From the NCBI GenBank assembly GCA_027021445.1, contig JALUUH010000227.1, forward strand, positions 5,738 through 69,737: DNA of 64,000 nt, given 5' to 3'. Below are positions 61,817 through 64,000 of this stretch, in pieces. Position 1 is the stretch's first letter, and each line of letters opens with the position of its first letter. A model generated the notes under the pieces. That model was not told the DNA's origin. It saw nothing but the letters and a program-made list of their open reading frames with translations, and did no database searches. The position numbers were made by a program, and so were the translations under genes. This DNA comes from Gammaproteobacteria bacterium (GTDB taxonomy: Bacteria; Pseudomonadota; Gammaproteobacteria; S012-40).

Positions 61817-62800
61817 TCACCAAAATTTAAACCATTTCGTTTTTTTGTAAACATAACGTTTACCGTTAAAAACAATGACTAGATGAGATATAGTGTCTTG
61901 TTTTAAATTTTGCTCAATCATTGCTTGCCACTTACCTTCAAGAAGTGTTAATTCTTCTTTTTGCTGATCAGGCTGCTGGCTTAATACCACCAGATTACCG
62001 TTAATCAAACTTCTCGCATCCACTGAACTCATCGTGCCAGTAACATCATTAGCCGAGCCACTTAAACTAAAAACGCCCTTAGCCAGCACGGAATCAGTGA
62101 TTAAACGATTCCAATAGGGGCTAGGGTTATCTACGCCCATCGAGCTTAGATCTCCTTCGCCCCACAACCAAATAGAATTAAACGCCACTGAAGGCTTTCC
62201 ATAAAGATTTTCATCCAGAAAATAATGGTGACACCACATCTGAAATTCATGCATTATCCCTTGCCAAAATTCACTATCATCCCCGGTTAACCGGTAATTG
62301 TGAACCTCCTGCCCAATGACTCTTTCAATTGGCGTTGAATTTACCTGATGATATTGCTTTGCGAAGATATACCATTCATTTGCGTTACCCCTACAAAACG
62401 CTATCTCTTGCGCGCTAAAAAAGCTATTCAATGCATTAAAAAAATGTGCTTCGCGCTCTTGGTTCAATCCCGATTGCACGGGACTTTCTAAGATTTGCCC
62501 ATATCTTGAGGTAAATAAACTAATCGGATCGGCACAGATACACCAAGCCTCAGGGCGTTTTCCCGTTTGCCCCAAATAACGTATTGCGGCTACCGGAATA
62601 TCAGCGGGTTTATTAATCTCAGGGTATATTTCAGTTAATAAGGTCGTTATAAAGTTCCTCTTTTCACTCGCGTTTTCTGCTATTTTACTGCGCTCCAGAA
62701 GAGTGCTCAATCGTGGGCAGTGCGCACGAAGGTATTGCGCTAAGTGCTTATCTGGCTGGCTTGAGATAATGATTTCCAGGGTATCGCTTGAAGTACTCAT
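61817..62800 (-). CDS. Conserved hypothetical protein
   Basis: Clean 327-aa ORF divergent from xseB. I could not recognise any motif with confidence. Confidence 0.5.
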   Translation of the reverse strand: MSTSSDTLEIIISSQPDKHLAQYLRAHCPRLSTLLERSKIAENASEKRNFITTLLTEIYPEINKPADIPVAAIRYLGQTGKRPEAWCICADPISLFTSRYGQILESPVQSGLNQEREAHFFNALNSFFSAQEIAFCRGNANEWYIFAKQYHQVNSTPIERVIGQEVHNYRLTGDDSEFWQGIMHEFQMWCHHYFLDENLYGKPSVAFNSIWLWGEGDLSSMGVDNPSPYWNRLITDSVLAKGVFSLSGSANDVTGTMSSVDARSLINGNLVVLSQQPDQQKEELTLLEGKWQAMIEQNLKQDTISHLVIVFNGKRYVYKKTKWFKFW

Positions 62801-62965
62801 GGCTGCAGATGTATTCTCGTGGTTATTAATTAGCTTTGCTCATTGTATCAAGCTTGCTTCGATTACAAAGGTTTCTTTAAATTTACGAACACTCTACGTT
62901 GACGCTTGATCTTTGCTCATGTAGTTTACGCCTTTCTCAATCTCAGCTAAGAACACGATAAACGC

Positions 62966-63244
62966 ATGCCTAGAAAGAAAAAAACACCTTCATTTGAAGA
63001 TGCCCTAAAAGACCTTGAGGACATTGTTGAGCGAATGGAGCAAGGGGAGCTAAGCCTTGAAGAATCACTGCAATCGTTCGAGCAAGGCATACAATTAACC
63101 AGAACTTGCCAACAAGCTTTGCAAGAAGCGGAACAAAAGGTAAATATTCTAATCAATAACAGCGAAAACTCAACAAAACCCTTTAATATAAATATACAAG
63201 AAGATGATATACAAGAAGAAATAAAACCTGATGCCAAACAGTAA
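62966..63244 (+). CDS. xseB: Exodeoxyribonuclease VII small subunit
   Basis: SFEDALKDLEDIVERMEQGELSLEESL is typical of XseB. Followed by ispA. Confidence 0.9.
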   Translation: MPRKKKTPSFEDALKDLEDIVERMEQGELSLEESLQSFEQGIQLTRTCQQALQEAEQKVNILINNSENSTKPFNINIQEDDIQEEIKPDAKQ

Positions 63245-64000
63245 TCCCTTTAATGAAAGCCTTAACATCTATCAGCAAAGAATTGAATCAAAGCTAAAAT
63301 TTTTTTTACCACAGGTATCGAGTTTACCGAAAAAACTGCATGCAGCGATGCATTATGCGGTGATGGGTGGCGGGAAGCGTATCCGACCCTTTTTAGTCTA
63401 TGCGGCTGGAAATGCTTTAAACGCATCACCTGATCAACTAGATGCTCCTGCCGTTGCCATAGAGCTTATTCATGCTTATTCCTTAGTACATGATGATTTA
63501 CCAGCGATGGATAACGATGATTTACGCCGCGGTAAGCCCACTTGCCATAAAGCCTTTGATGAAGCCACGGCCATTTTAGTGGGTGATGCATTACAGACTT
63601 TAGCTTTTGAAATCCTGGCCAGAGCAGACAACACAGTGATCAATGATCATCAGCGTCTTTTAATGATAAAACTTTTAGCGCAAGCAAGCGGATCCCTTGG
63701 AATGGTGGGCGGCCAAGCAATAGACCTGGCCTCAGTTGGCAAAAAAATGGATCAAATACAGCTAGAGCAAATGCATCGTTATAAAACAGGTGCTTTGATT
63801 TCCGCCAGTGTAGAGCTTGGCGTGCGCGGTGCTGGCTGCAATGATAACGAGACTCTTGCCAGGTTTAATGATTATGCGCAAGCAATTGGTTTAGCATTTC
63901 AAGTGCGCGACGACATACTGGACATTGAGGGTGATAGCGCGGTAACGGGCAAAACCCAAGGTTCAGATATAGAACGTGATAAACCCACTTATCCCGCGCT
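63231..64000 (+). CDS. ispA: (2E,6E)-farnesyl diphosphate synthase (3' end cut by window edge)
   Basis: ATG at 63231; GGKRIRPFL and the first DDxxD motif LVHDDLPAMDNDDLRRGKPT. The ORF runs off the window end. Confidence 0.93.
   Translation, partial: MPNSNPFNESLNIYQQRIESKLKFFLPQVSSLPKKLHAAMHYAVMGGGKRIRPFLVYAAGNALNASPDQLDAPAVAIELIHAYSLVHDDLPAMDNDDLRRGKPTCHKAFDEATAILVGDALQTLAFEILARADNTVINDHQRLLMIKLLAQASGSLGMVGGQAIDLASVGKKMDQIQLEQMHRYKTGALISASVELGVRGAGCNDNETLARFNDYAQAIGLAFQVRDDILDIEGDSAVTGKTQGSDIERDKPTYPA

Overview
This is a visibly AT-rich, densely coding chromosomal segment that looks gammaproteobacterial, with about 65 genes. Most of it is core metabolism in familiar synteny blocks: cspD-clpS-clpA, icd, mnmA-hflD / acnB / purB, aguA-aguB, recQ, yoaA-tsaB, folA-thyA-lgt, MTAP-hpt, nagZ, cysM-galU, truA-trpF-trpB-trpA-accD-folC-dedD-cvpA-purF and xseB-ispA. 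I saw no rRNA, tRNA, CRISPR array, transposase, integrase or phage genes.

The non-core content worth attention is:
1. A mosaic MITE/REP-like intergenic repeat family with 20-bp terminal inverted repeats. It has at least 10 copies or fragments in the window, plus a second small repeat nested inside one copy.
2. A tight three-gene cassette: a multi-TM protein, a trypsin-fold protein with an apparently dead triad, and a NUDIX hydrolase. It lies next to a 1081-aa SBBP/DUF11 surface protein and an orphan Opp/Dpp permease pair.
3. A divergent phosphorelay cluster with three Hpt domains, six receiver domains, one kinase core and one GGDEF output.
4. Several small oddities: an Hfq paralogue lacking the arginine rim, a minimal flagellar-rod-like protein paired with an HExxH protein, an Mrr-like small protein fused into the yoaA operon, a pentapeptide-repeat lipoprotein, a minimal SET-domain protein and an internally deleted tpm pseudogene.

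All functional calls come from reading the translated ORFs by eye. No database search was run, so family assignments for the non-core genes are hypotheses.
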